Notes: a model not told the origin generated them from the letters alone. A stretch of 64,000 bases of DNA from Marinobacter sp. (GCF_041690615.1 NZ_JAWLGY010000004.1:117650-181649), one strand, 5' to 3'. Positions 20,683-30,492 are shown, counted from the first letter of the stretch. Numbers and translations are program-made.

Positions 20683-20803
20683 TATTCCCCCTTACCGGAT
20701 TGCCGATCCGCCATGATCGTTAACCGTAACGCCTGACAGCCCACCCCGCCAGATCACACGGAGAGGCGGGCAATCATCTACACGGAGACCACCGGCGGGT
20801 GTG

Positions 20804-20998
20804 TCAGTAGGTAATACCATGACGGTCAAAGATCTCGTGGACCTCGCGGGCTTCTTCCGGCGGCATCATGACCCGGATAACCTGTGCTTCCTCGTCGATA
20901 TAGATCAGGTCCTGGGGAATGTCACTTCCGATCAGGTCTTCCCGTGTATTGCGGGCCTGTTCAATGCTCTGGTACTTTCCGTTAACAGCTTTGCTCAT
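20804..20998 (-). CDS. Small hypothetical protein (64 aa)
   Basis: AAAGGAG RBS; protein-like composition; occupies an otherwise empty gap. Confidence 0.6.
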   Translation of the reverse strand: MSKAVNGKYQSIEQARNTREDLIGSDIPQDLIYIDEEAQVIRVMMPPEEAREVHEIFDRHGITY

Positions 20999-21080
20999 AA
21001 CCCATTCTCCTTTTGCGTGGGGGTACCCCCTGAGAATAGTTGGCTCTGAGATACCTGTAAAACGGCGACAGGATCAACGC

Positions 21081-22667
21081 TCACGGCTGAACGGGAATGG
21101 CCCGCTCCACGCGGCCCCTGGCACTGTCGGTCAGCAGATAAACCGCGCCGTCGGGTCCGGTCCGGACATCGCGGATACGTTCGTTCAGTTCGGTAAAGAG
21201 CCTTTCTTTCTCTGTGGCGCCATTGTCGTTCAGTTCAACCCGGTGAACCGCCCGTGACACCAGGCCGCCCACCAGTATGTCTCCCCGCCAGTCAGGAAAC
21301 CGGTCCCCGTTATAAATTGTCATGCCGGAGGGTGCGATGGACGGCGTCCAGTGCAGCAAGGGAGGCTCTGTGCCGGGGTAATCGGTAAAGGGCGTCACCC
21401 GTGCCCAGGTGTAATCCAGGCCATGGGTTGCGACCGGCCAGCCGTAATTGGTACCCGCCTGGACATGATTGATCTCATCGCCCCCGCGGGGCCCATGCTC
21501 GTGGGCAATTACCTGCCCCCCGTCCGGGTCGACCACCAGCCCCTGAATATTGCGATGGCCATAACTGAAAATTTCCGGAAGTGCCTCCGGTTCGTTCACA
21601 TAGGGATTATCGGCGGGCACCGAGCCGTCGGGGTTCAGGCGTACTATGGTGCCGATATGGCTGGTCAGCCTCTGGGCCTCCTCCCGGTAATCAAAGCCGT
21701 CACCCAGGGCCAGCAACAGGGTGCCATCCTCCAGCCAGGCCATTCGCCCGCCATAATGCGCGGCCCCGACCTTGGCGGGGCTGACGCGAAACAGTTCGTC
21801 GACGTCCCCCAGCCTACCTGTCTCCAGCCGCCCACGGGCCAGACAGGTATGGTTGGCCTGCTCGGTGCCGCAGGCATAGCTCAGGTAAACAAGGCGGCTC
21901 TCGGCGAAATCCCGGGCCGGCAGTACGTCAAAGAGCCCGGCCTGGGCCTGGTTGAATACCTCTGGCAAACCGGCGACGGGCTCTGGAAGCAGCTCACCGT
22001 CCCGGGTAATGATCCGCAACCGTCCCGGACGCTCGGTAACCAGCATCCGGCCATCTGGCAGGAATGCCAGGGACCAGGGGTGTTCAAGCCCGGAAACCAC
22101 CGTCTCCAGCTGATAGCCGGGCCCCGACTGAGCCCGGGCCTGGTCAAACGGCAGCCCCGCCAGAGTAGCGAGCAGGACCGCAGCGACAGCGCCTGCCCCC
22201 CCGTTGCGACGGGCATCGGTGGGCGCTGCCATAACAGCGAACAGCCAGCCGGCAATGGCCGCAGTCACCAGCATGGCCAGCATTCCCTCCGAAGCACGGG
22301 TCGCGGCGATCAGCGTGGGGGGCGGTGCCAGTGCATCCACTATTGTAAAGGTGGCCCAGAGCCCGACCGCCGCCGCCAGTGCGCAAACCAGTCTGCGCCA
22401 GGACTCCAGCACATGGCGGGTCAGGGCCATGGCCACCACCTGGGAGACCAGAAAGCCAACACCAAACATGGCCAGGTAGACCGGCCCAAACATGGCCAGG
22501 TCCTCCAGCGTGGTAACAAACCAGGCGCCGGCACCAATTTCAACACCCAGCCCACGCAGGGCCATGAGGTTGATCTGCGTCTGCACGACCGAGCCCAGCA
22601 GGGCGCCGATCACCAGGGCGATGGCAAAGGCCAGAACCACTTTCGACCAGGGTCGCCGGTTGCTCAT
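21081..22667 (-). CDS. PQQ-dependent sugar dehydrogenase (GSDH beta-propeller) with N-terminal multi-TM domain
   Basis: LEHPWSLAFLPDG, HYGGR, YGHRNIQG and EHGPRGGDEIN motifs; ~180-aa hydrophobic N-terminus. Confidence 0.88.
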   Translation of the reverse strand: MSNRRPWSKVVLAFAIALVIGALLGSVVQTQINLMALRGLGVEIGAGAWFVTTLEDLAMFGPVYLAMFGVGFLVSQVVAMALTRHVLESWRRLVCALAAAVGLWATFTIVDALAPPPTLIAATRASEGMLAMLVTAAIAGWLFAVMAAPTDARRNGGAGAVAAVLLATLAGLPFDQARAQSGPGYQLETVVSGLEHPWSLAFLPDGRMLVTERPGRLRIITRDGELLPEPVAGLPEVFNQAQAGLFDVLPARDFAESRLVYLSYACGTEQANHTCLARGRLETGRLGDVDELFRVSPAKVGAAHYGGRMAWLEDGTLLLALGDGFDYREEAQRLTSHIGTIVRLNPDGSVPADNPYVNEPEALPEIFSYGHRNIQGLVVDPDGGQVIAHEHGPRGGDEINHVQAGTNYGWPVATHGLDYTWARVTPFTDYPGTEPPLLHWTPSIAPSGMTIYNGDRFPDWRGDILVGGLVSRAVHRVELNDNGATEKERLFTELNERIRDVRTGPDGAVYLLTDSARGRVERAIPVQP

Positions 22668-22781
22668 AGATCCTCGCTGTCAGGTATTTTGGTATGCTCA
22701 GGTTGCTGGCCGGGGTCTGCACGACACAACGTCGCGAAGGCGCCCGGGTTGTCGATTCCAGTGTAGTTTAAGGATGCAACA

Positions 22782-23750
22782 GTGGAGCTCACTTTCCTCG
22801 GCACCTCTGCCGGCACACCCACACGGGCCCGCAACGTTACTGGCCTGGCACTGCAACATGGCGGCCCCAGGCATTGGTACCTGGTTGACTGCGGCGAGGG
22901 TACCCAGCATCAGTTGCTGAGAACCCGCCTGTCCGTTATGCAACTGCAGGCGATCTTTATCACCCACGTCCATGGCGATCACACATTCGGCCTGCCCGGG
23001 CTCCTCTCCAGTGCGTCCATGAATGGGCGAACGACACCGCTGCCGATCATCGGTCCACCCCAGCTGCGGGACTTCCTCGAAATTACCCTGGCCAGTACCG
23101 ATTCCAGGCTGGGTTTTGAACTGCAGTTTATCGACGCCGAGGCCGACAACTTCCAGTGGCATGACGAAGCTATAGGGGTGACCAGCATTCCCCTGTCTCA
23201 TCGTGTTCCCTGCCGCGCCTTCCGCTTCGAGGAGCTGAGGGTTGAGCGCAAGTTGCTGACCAGCAAACTGGAGGCTGATGGCGTGCCCGCCGGCCCGGAA
23301 TGGGGGCGCATCCAGAAGGGAGAGGACGTCACCCTGCCCGATGGCCGTTTCATTCTCAGCGATGACTATACTGAAATCCCGCGTCCGCCGAGACGAGTGG
23401 TGATCGCCGGTGACAACGATTCCCCCGAACTGCTGGCCGGGGCCTGCAGGGATGCCCACCTGCTGGTCCACGAAGCCACCTACACCCGGAACGTCGCGGA
23501 GCGGGTCGGCCCCTGGCCCCAGCACAGCTCCGCCGAACAGGTGGCACGGTTTGCCCAGGCAATCAGGCTACCCCACCTGGTACTGACCCACTTCAGTTCC
23601 CGATACCAGCTTCAGGCCGGTCGGGGACCGGTAATCGACGAAGTGGCCGACGAGGCCCGTGCGTTCTTTGATGGTAACCTGGTGCTGGCCCGGGATTTCA
23701 TGGGACTTCGCCTGAACCGGGATCTCTCCCTGGAGGCACTGGATGCGTAA
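22782..23750 (+). CDS. rnz: Ribonuclease Z / BN
   Basis: FLGTSAG, DCGEGTQ, THVHGDH, HEATY and LTHFSSRY motifs. Confidence 0.92.
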   Translation: MELTFLGTSAGTPTRARNVTGLALQHGGPRHWYLVDCGEGTQHQLLRTRLSVMQLQAIFITHVHGDHTFGLPGLLSSASMNGRTTPLPIIGPPQLRDFLEITLASTDSRLGFELQFIDAEADNFQWHDEAIGVTSIPLSHRVPCRAFRFEELRVERKLLTSKLEADGVPAGPEWGRIQKGEDVTLPDGRFILSDDYTEIPRPPRRVVIAGDNDSPELLAGACRDAHLLVHEATYTRNVAERVGPWPQHSSAEQVARFAQAIRLPHLVLTHFSSRYQLQAGRGPVIDEVADEARAFFDGNLVLARDFMGLRLNRDLSLEALDA

Positions 23751-23977
23751 ATATACCCACAAATGAAAATAACAGTAGCTTTTCCCGGGGAAGGTGCGTA
23801 GATTGGGCAACGTAGGAAAGAGTTAGCAAAGCAGTTCATCAATAAGACGCCCTGTCAGTAATTGTAGTGTACGTCCTGTTTTTGATCCAGCGCGTTTCTT
23901 TTCCGCACAATGCTGACCAGCCCAACAATGGTCCCTGGCGGCGCATTAATCAGATTGATTTCAGGATATTAAAAGAT

Positions 23978-24184
23978 ATGTCTACAGTTACCGGTACCGT
24001 CAAGTTCTTCAACGAATCCAAGGGCTTCGGCTTTATCACTCGTGAAGGCGGCCCCGACGTATTCGTTCACTTCAGCGCTATTCAGAGCAGCGGTTTCAAG
24101 ACCCTGGCAGAAGGCCAGCAGGTTGAGTTCACCGTTACTCAGGGCCAGAAAGGCCCGCAGGCGGAAAACGTTGTTGCCCTGTAA
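23978..24184 (+). CDS. Cold-shock protein (CspA family)
   Basis: KGFGFI (RNP1) and VFVHF (RNP2); long AT-rich leader. Confidence 0.97.
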   Translation: MSTVTGTVKFFNESKGFGFITREGGPDVFVHFSAIQSSGFKTLAEGQQVEFTVTQGQKGPQAENVVAL

Positions 24185-24203
24185 ATAACAGGCCACAACA
24201 CGC

Positions 24204-24231
24204 AAAAAAGGCAGCTTCGGCTGCCTTTTTT
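24204..24231. terminator. Bidirectional Rho-independent terminator
   Basis: AAAAAAGGCAGC-TTCG-GCTGCCTTTTTT between convergent genes. Confidence 0.92.
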
Positions 24232-24290
24232 AATGCCCGGAATTTATTCCTGACAGCTTGTCGGGGCAGGCCTCGCAGGCTCCGCTTGCC

Positions 24291-24470
24291 CTACCCGAAG
24301 TAATGCCGCAATATCCCCAAAACCAGTACCGCCGCCATCAACGGAATGATCCACCGGGAAATCCGGCTTTCATTGATCGCATCCCCCTTCGACGCATGCT
24401 TTTCAAGCAGCGGCACCAGAAGGAACAGGGCGGCGAACAGTACCACCAGTATGATAAATAATGTCGTCAT
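24291..24470 (-). CDS. Small two-TM membrane protein (59 aa)
   Basis: MTTLFIILVVLFAALFLLVPLLEK...RWIIPLMAAVLVLGILRHYFG. Confidence 0.6.
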   Translation of the reverse strand: MTTLFIILVVLFAALFLLVPLLEKHASKGDAINESRISRWIIPLMAAVLVLGILRHYFG

Positions 24471-24524
24471 GTCGTCTACTATGGTGGGTCCGCCAGCAGG
24501 TTTCAACTTCCGGTAGCGGTCCGG

Positions 24525-25652
24525 TTACCCGCTCGAATCAGCACCAAGGGCGTCCACCAGTGCCGCCATGAACCTTGCCGCCTCGCCGCCGGTGGCTGCC
24601 CGGTGATCAAAGGTCACTGACAGCGGCATGATACGGCGCACCGCGGGTTTGCCTCTGTGTGGCACCACCTTCTCCCGGATCTTGCCCGCCCCCACGATAG
24701 CCACCTGTGGCGGACTGACAACAGGGTTGGCATATTGCCCTGTCATGGTGCCGAAGTTGGACAGGGTAATGGTGGCGCCCTGCATCTCCCGGGGCGGAAT
24801 CTTGCGGGTTGCCACCGCCTCCCGGAGGTTTTCCAGCCCCTGGCGCAGGTCTTCCATGGAGCGGTGATTGACATCCCGCAGCACCGGCACAAAAAGTCCG
24901 TCGGGTGTATCGACGGCAATGCCGATATGCACCTCGTCCAGCAGGCGTCGGCTCAGGTTATCCCCATCGAACCAGCAATTAAGTGCCGGTGAGGCCTCGC
25001 AGGCCCGGGCGACGCCCTGTACCAGGCGCATGGTTATGTCGGAGCCCTTTTCCCAGTCGTGAACGTCCGCATCCTCAAAGATCGAGACCGCCACTACCTG
25101 GGCATGGGAAAGGGCCATGTTCTTCGCCATGGTGCGCCTTGGACCTCGCAGCGCCTCCGCCTCTCCCAGCTGCTTCTGGTGGCTGGCCTGGCGGTGTACG
25201 TCGTCGTTGGTGATGAGGCCACCGGGGCCGCTGCCCTTGATATTTTCCAGGCTGATACCCAGCCTCTCGGCCAGTGCCCGCACCCCCGGGGTAGCGCGGT
25301 TGGCCCGGGCGCGTTTGCTGGAAGGCGCAGCGCCTATGATGAACGAGTCCGGCTCGCCCTCATTATCTTTCGAGCCTGAGGATTTGAGCTCGCCTACTAC
25401 CGTGCCGCTGTCTTCCCCTTCGCCTTCGAAGGCCAACAGCGGCTCACCGGTGTGGATGATATCCCCGGCTTCGCCAAACAGCTTGGCGATGGTGCCAGCG
25501 TCCGGCGAAGGGACTTCCACGATGGCCTTGGCGGTCTCGACACTTACCAGCACCTGATCCACTGCAACAGTGTCGCCAACCTTCACATGCCACTCGACGA
25601 TCTCGGCCTCCGGCAGGCCCTCACCCAGATCGGGCAATCTGAAATACTTCAT
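24525..25652 (-). CDS. 2-oxoacid dehydrogenase E2 (dihydrolipoamide acyltransferase)
   Basis: Single lipoyl domain (VETAKA), subunit-binding domain (ATPGVRALA), catalytic TFDHR. Confidence 0.93.
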   Translation of the reverse strand: MKYFRLPDLGEGLPEAEIVEWHVKVGDTVAVDQVLVSVETAKAIVEVPSPDAGTIAKLFGEAGDIIHTGEPLLAFEGEGEDSGTVVGELKSSGSKDNEGEPDSFIIGAAPSSKRARANRATPGVRALAERLGISLENIKGSGPGGLITNDDVHRQASHQKQLGEAEALRGPRRTMAKNMALSHAQVVAVSIFEDADVHDWEKGSDITMRLVQGVARACEASPALNCWFDGDNLSRRLLDEVHIGIAVDTPDGLFVPVLRDVNHRSMEDLRQGLENLREAVATRKIPPREMQGATITLSNFGTMTGQYANPVVSPPQVAIVGAGKIREKVVPHRGKPAVRRIMPLSVTFDHRAATGGEAARFMAALVDALGADSSG

Positions 25653-25667
25653 GATGACTCTCCCTGA

Positions 25668-26696
25668 TCAGAGCGCAATGATCTGCTCTACCGCTGCCAC
25701 GATGTCATCCACCTGCGGCAGGTAGTGCTGCTCGTTGCGGTAATAGGGCATTACCGTGTCATATCCGGTTACCCTTACCACCGGGGCCTGAAGGTCCAGG
25801 AAGGCGCCTTCGGCAATGGATGCGGCCACCTCGGCACCTACACCACCATTACGACAGGCCTCGTGGACGATCACCGCCCGGCCGGTCTTGGCAACAGAGC
25901 ACAGCAGGGTCTCCCGGTCCAGGGGACTGATGGTGGCCACATCGATCACCTCTGCCAAGACGCCCTGCTCCGCCAGCCGGTCTGCGGCGTGAAGGGTTTC
26001 CATGATCGATGCCCCCCAACTGATCAGGGTAACGTCGTCGCCTTCCCGAAGGGTGAAACAGGTATCCAGGGGCAGCGCCTGACCATTGTCCATTACCGTC
26101 TGGGTCACGGCCCGATAGATGCGCTTTGGTTCCAGGAAGATCACCGGGTCCGGGTTACGGATGGCAGCCAGCAACAGGCCATAGGCACGCTGGGGCGAGC
26201 TGGGGATCACTACCCGCAGACCCGGAATATGGGCAAAAAGCGCCTCGGTGCTTTCGCTGTGGTGCTCCGGGGCATGGATGCCACCGCCAAACGGAGCCCG
26301 GTATACCAACGGACAATGGAGCCGTCCACGGGTGCGGTTACGCATACGGGCCGCGTGACTGATGATCTGCTCACAGCCGGCGTAGATAAACCCCATGAAC
26401 TGGAATTCCGCCACCGGCTTTAGCCCCTGGGTAGCCATGCCCACCGCAGTGCCGGCAATCAGGTTCTCGGCCAGCGGAGTGTCCATCACCCGCTTGTAGC
26501 CAAAGCGCTCCTTCAGGCCTACCGTGGCCCGGAACACCCCACCATTGGTGGCGATATCCTCTCCGAGAACCACCACCGAATCATCATTGGCCATTTCCCG
26601 GGCGAGGGCCAGGTTGACTGCTTCCACCAGGGTGACCTTGTGGGCAACCGGCGCCCCCTCCCCGTGCCGGATGGCATTCTCTGCAGACGCATTCAT
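25668..26696 (-). CDS. 2-oxoacid dehydrogenase E1 beta subunit
   Basis: GEDIATNGGVFRAT, DTPLAE and EHHSES motifs. Confidence 0.95.
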   Translation of the reverse strand: MNASAENAIRHGEGAPVAHKVTLVEAVNLALAREMANDDSVVVLGEDIATNGGVFRATVGLKERFGYKRVMDTPLAENLIAGTAVGMATQGLKPVAEFQFMGFIYAGCEQIISHAARMRNRTRGRLHCPLVYRAPFGGGIHAPEHHSESTEALFAHIPGLRVVIPSSPQRAYGLLLAAIRNPDPVIFLEPKRIYRAVTQTVMDNGQALPLDTCFTLREGDDVTLISWGASIMETLHAADRLAEQGVLAEVIDVATISPLDRETLLCSVAKTGRAVIVHEACRNGGVGAEVAASIAEGAFLDLQAPVVRVTGYDTVMPYYRNEQHYLPQVDDIVAAVEQIIAL

Positions 26697-27775
26697 GACC
26701 TTACTCCTTCTGCCTTGCGGGCAAGCCGCTCGCGCTGGCCGGCGAGGGCAGCAGGCAATGTCTCGAACAGGTAATCCACCATGGCAACAGGCGGCTCCGG
26801 CGCTTTTTCAAGGTAGACATGAACAGCCTTATCCACCTTGTCCCGGCAGCGAGCCTGGAGCTCTTTCTCCTTGTCTGCGTCCCAGTGTCCGGCCTGGTGA
26901 AGGTAACTCTGCAGGCGCTTGATACCATCCTTGTCCCAGGCACTGCGCAACTCGTCCGCACTGCGGTAGCGGGTGGCGTCATCGGCGGTGGTATGGTCTC
27001 CCAGGCGATAGGTGACGGCTTCGATGACGGTAGCACCCTTGCCGCCATGGGCCCGCTCCAGGGCGTTATCCACGGCCTCAGTGACCGCCAGGTAGTCGTT
27101 ACCGTCCACGATATGGCCGGGTAATCCACCGCTGATGGCCTTCTGGGCAATGGTTTCGCTGCCGGTCTGAAGGCCACGGGGCGTGGAAATGGCCCACTGA
27201 TTGTTGGCCACCACAAAAACCACCGGAAGGTGCCAGGCCCCTGCAAGGTTGACGCTCTCCAGGAAGCCCCCCTTGGAGGTGGCGCCGTCACCCAGGGTGA
27301 CGACCACCGCACGCTTCTCATCGCGAATGCGCATGGCCGCCGCTACGCCGACGGCGTGGCAGCACTGGGTGGCAATGGGCACCGAGATGGGCAGGTCCTG
27401 GGGACAGAGTTCCCAGCCTGCACTGCCACGCTCGTCCCCGCCCCAGTACAGCAGCATATTCACCATGGGCACCCCCCTCAGCAGCTGCGTTGCCTGGTCC
27501 CTGTAATAGGGTACGAATACATCGCGCCGGTGCATGCTCTGACCGATGGCGGTGCCGATAACTTCGTGGCCAAGTACCGACGGGTAGGTGCCACATTTAC
27601 CGGTTCGTTGCAGGGCGATGATTTTCTGGTCCAGGGTGCGTGCGAGCACCATATTGCGGTAGGCATCCAGCAGACGATCCTTATCGGCGGCCAGGGCTGG
27701 CAGCTCGCCCAGCGGCTCACCGTTATCGTCCAGGTAGCGGACATAGTCCACCGTAAATTCATAACGGTCTCTCAT
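26693..27775 (-). CDS. 2-oxoacid dehydrogenase E1 alpha subunit (heterotetrameric type)
   Basis: GDGATS...NNQWAIS TPP motif; YRLGDHTTADD loop. Confidence 0.95.
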   Translation of the reverse strand: MRDRYEFTVDYVRYLDDNGEPLGELPALAADKDRLLDAYRNMVLARTLDQKIIALQRTGKCGTYPSVLGHEVIGTAIGQSMHRRDVFVPYYRDQATQLLRGVPMVNMLLYWGGDERGSAGWELCPQDLPISVPIATQCCHAVGVAAAMRIRDEKRAVVVTLGDGATSKGGFLESVNLAGAWHLPVVFVVANNQWAISTPRGLQTGSETIAQKAISGGLPGHIVDGNDYLAVTEAVDNALERAHGGKGATVIEAVTYRLGDHTTADDATRYRSADELRSAWDKDGIKRLQSYLHQAGHWDADKEKELQARCRDKVDKAVHVYLEKAPEPPVAMVDYLFETLPAALAGQRERLARKAEGVRS

Positions 27776-28117
27776 TCCCTTCTCCTCACACCGCGACATC
27801 CACGTTCCGGCCGGCATCTTCATCGCCCTTCCGGAACACCAGGCTTGTGGCCTGTTCGGTCACGCTGACTGTTGGTGGGTCCCCGTGGATCTCACGGGCC
27901 TGTTCCTATTTTTCTAGTCGATGGTCAGGGATTGTTCAATGGAAACGAGACACAGTTCTCGCTACCGGACAGAAGATGAGACGTTATACCCTATCGTCTT
28001 GTTAATGGCAGGGAATGGCTCCAGAATTCATGGCAGTAGCAAACTACCTGTCGTCTGTCCGTCGCTCCTGCACCGACACGACGGGCCATGTTCAACAGGA
28101 CACAAGGACTGAATCCT

Positions 28118-28930
28118 ATGATCCGAAGATTCCCAACCTGCTTTCTTCTGATAGCCCTTGCGCTTTTGTCTCTGTCAGCCCGTGCCCTGGAGCCCGGCGA
28201 CGATGCCGAGGTCTTCACCAGTGACGGCGGTGTCTCGGTAACCCTGCTGCCGATGGCGGATGGCAACCAGGCACTGGTCAGACTGAACGGTGTTGACCAC
28301 GCCCTCGATGGCGTCGTCATGCTGGCCAGGATCGAACAGCGTCCGAACGACGAACGCGCCTACCGGGCGGAGATTGATGGCAAGATGCGTTCACTGGTCG
28401 TGTTTGCGCGGTCTTACTGGGCGCCCACAGATTACACAGCCTATATTCCCGGCCGTGAGGAGCCCTACGCCCTTATGGCCGATGAAGAGGGCAGCGCCAG
28501 GGTGGACAAGGTGGCGCTGATGGCGGAATACGAGCAACAGACGGAGCAGGGAGTTCAGGCAGCGCTGGCCCGGTTTGATCGTGATAAGGCTCTTGAACGC
28601 CACAAGGACGCCCTCAGGGCGGTCGATGCATCCGCCAGCAAGGTGTGTGGCACCGAGGTAACCACCCGGGTGAACTGGAAGGGGCTGGACAACGAACAGC
28701 TCAACAGTCTCAGCATCTCCGGCTACTGCGGCCAGGTGGCTGCGGAGATGGAACACCTCTGTCGCAAGGAGGCCGATTTCAAGCAGAAGGTAGCCGAGGT
28801 ATCGGGAATTGATTGCGGGTTCGGTGACACCCTGGACCTGAGACGGGAGGCCGGCAAGCTGGTCTTCCGAACCCGCGAAGACGCCCGGAACCAGCGTGAG
28901 GCCATTACGGGTTTCCTGCGAAACCTCTGA
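28118..28930 (+). CDS. Hypothetical secreted protein with a Cys-containing C-terminal domain
   Basis: Signal peptide ..LSLSARA; four C-terminal Cys; followed by a terminator. Confidence 0.75.
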   Translation: MIRRFPTCFLLIALALLSLSARALEPGDDAEVFTSDGGVSVTLLPMADGNQALVRLNGVDHALDGVVMLARIEQRPNDERAYRAEIDGKMRSLVVFARSYWAPTDYTAYIPGREEPYALMADEEGSARVDKVALMAEYEQQTEQGVQAALARFDRDKALERHKDALRAVDASASKVCGTEVTTRVNWKGLDNEQLNSLSISGYCGQVAAEMEHLCRKEADFKQKVAEVSGIDCGFGDTLDLRREAGKLVFRTREDARNQREAITGFLRNL

Positions 28931-28945
28931 TCCGCAGTGATAGCC

Positions 28946-28982
28946 GGGCTGCAGGTGTCTTCACCTGCAACCCTGATTTTTT
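28946..28982 (+). terminator. Rho-independent terminator
   Basis: TGCAGGTG-TCTT-CACCTGCA stem followed by a T-run. Confidence 0.7.
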
Positions 28983-28983
28983 G

Positions 28984-29553
28984 TCACGGTGCGACCGTTG
29001 CCAGTACGGTGGGGTTGTCCGACAGGGGCAAGGCAACAATCACTCCTTCACCGGATGACGGATACACGCCGGTCAGCCGGGTGATATTCACCTGATGCGA
29101 CACCAGGACCGCAGGCAGCCCCGGCTCCAGGGTATTGACCAGGGCAATGGTCTGTCGTGTCTGCATGGCGCCGTCCCCCCGCCCCGCGAAAAAGGAATTC
29201 AGGGCCGGCCACTCGGTGACGTCACCCACATCCATTTCCGTCGCCGTATCCATGCTTCGACACCACTGACTGGAATAAACCCTTGCCTCATTGATGCCAT
29301 GCCTTGCCAGCAGGCCTTTCCAGCTTCGTGCCTGCTCAAGCCCGCGGTTATTGAGGTTGCGCTGGGTTGAGCAGTCATCAAGGTCGAAATTTTCCGGGTC
29401 GCCCGTACCCGGTGCCAGTGCATGGCGCAGGATCAGGAAAGCCCTGCCCTCACGCAGGGCCTTCCATGCCTCTTCGTCCGCGGAACTGGCAGGGGCCAGC
29501 AACGACAGACACAACGACAGGAAAAAGCCAGCGGCCAGGCGGCTCGGTTTCAT
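28984..29553 (-). CDS. Exported histidine phosphatase family protein
   Basis: Signal peptide; LRHALAPG, SSQWCR and LVSHQVNI motifs. Confidence 0.87.
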   Translation of the reverse strand: MKPSRLAAGFFLSLCLSLLAPASSADEEAWKALREGRAFLILRHALAPGTGDPENFDLDDCSTQRNLNNRGLEQARSWKGLLARHGINEARVYSSQWCRSMDTATEMDVGDVTEWPALNSFFAGRGDGAMQTRQTIALVNTLEPGLPAVLVSHQVNITRLTGVYPSSGEGVIVALPLSDNPTVLATVAP

Positions 29554-29680
29554 GGTGTGGACCTCCAGGATGGACCATTGTTGTTATCTACCCTCACCGA
29601 AACCCAACGGACCACCGGCTACCATTGCCTGACTCAGGGGGTTACACTCCCGCCAGAATCCCAACCGGAACCGTTGCCAT

Positions 29681-30136
29681 ATGCCTATCTGGGTCGATGC
29701 CGATGCCTGCCCCGTCCCCATCCGTGAGATTCTGTGCCGGGCGGCCACCCGTTGGCAGATCAATACCACGTTCATCGCCAATCATGTTATCAGGTTGCCC
29801 CCGAGCCCGTGGATTCACGCCCGGCAGGTCGCCCATGGCTTTGATGTCGCTGACCAGGAAATTGTCGATCAACTGAGCACCGGCGACCTGGTCATCACCC
29901 AGGATATACCGCTCGCCGCCGAGGCCATCGACAAGGGGGCTGACGTGTTCAACCCCAGGGGGCAGGCCTTCACCCGGGAGAACATCCGCCAGCGGCTGGC
30001 TATGCGGAATTTCATGGAAGAGATGCGCAGCGCGGGCCAGGTCACTGGAGGACCGGCGGCATTCGGCCAGCAGGATCGCAAGGGATTTGCCGATCAGCTT
30101 GACCGCTGGCTCCAGAAGAACCACCGCAGGCCCTGA
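29681..30136 (+). CDS. YaiI/YqxD family (UPF0178) protein
   Basis: IWVDADACP, DLVITQDIPLA and NPRGQ motifs. Confidence 0.92.
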   Translation: MPIWVDADACPVPIREILCRAATRWQINTTFIANHVIRLPPSPWIHARQVAHGFDVADQEIVDQLSTGDLVITQDIPLAAEAIDKGADVFNPRGQAFTRENIRQRLAMRNFMEEMRSAGQVTGGPAAFGQQDRKGFADQLDRWLQKNHRRP

Positions 30137-30276
30137 CCACATACGTATGGCAAGCTAATGGCGGGGCGGTTACGGGGCAGAGAGGGCAAGGCGTACCCGA
30201 CAAGAACGGGAGGCCAGCACCCGGTCAGAATTGAACGAGGTGTCCGGCGCTGACCCCAGTTCGATGATCGGTCAGA

Positions 30277-30492
30277 TCAACTGTTTTCAATCCGGAAACC
30301 GACCACAAGGCTCACCTGGTAGTGACCGACCTTGCCGTTCTCTATGTGACCGCGGGTTTCCGTCACTTCGAACCACTCCATATTACGGATACTCTTGGCG
30401 CACTCCGCCAGGGCGTTGTCGATGGCTTCCTCAATACTGGTTCTTGAAGAACCCACCACTTCGGTCTTCTTGTACACGTGATGATCTGACAT
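30277..30492 (-). CDS. Dodecin (flavin-binding)
   Basis: HVYKKTEVVGSS..IEEAI and WFEVTETRG..YQV motifs; AGGAGG RBS. Confidence 0.93.
   Translation of the reverse strand: MSDHHVYKKTEVVGSSRTSIEEAIDNALAECAKSIRNMEWFEVTETRGHIENGKVGHYQVSLVVGFRIENS

Noticed and set aside
21351-22766. 471-aa plus-strand ORF
   Set aside because: Antisense shadow of the PQQ dehydrogenase gene, expected from GC-rich codon bias; no motifs.
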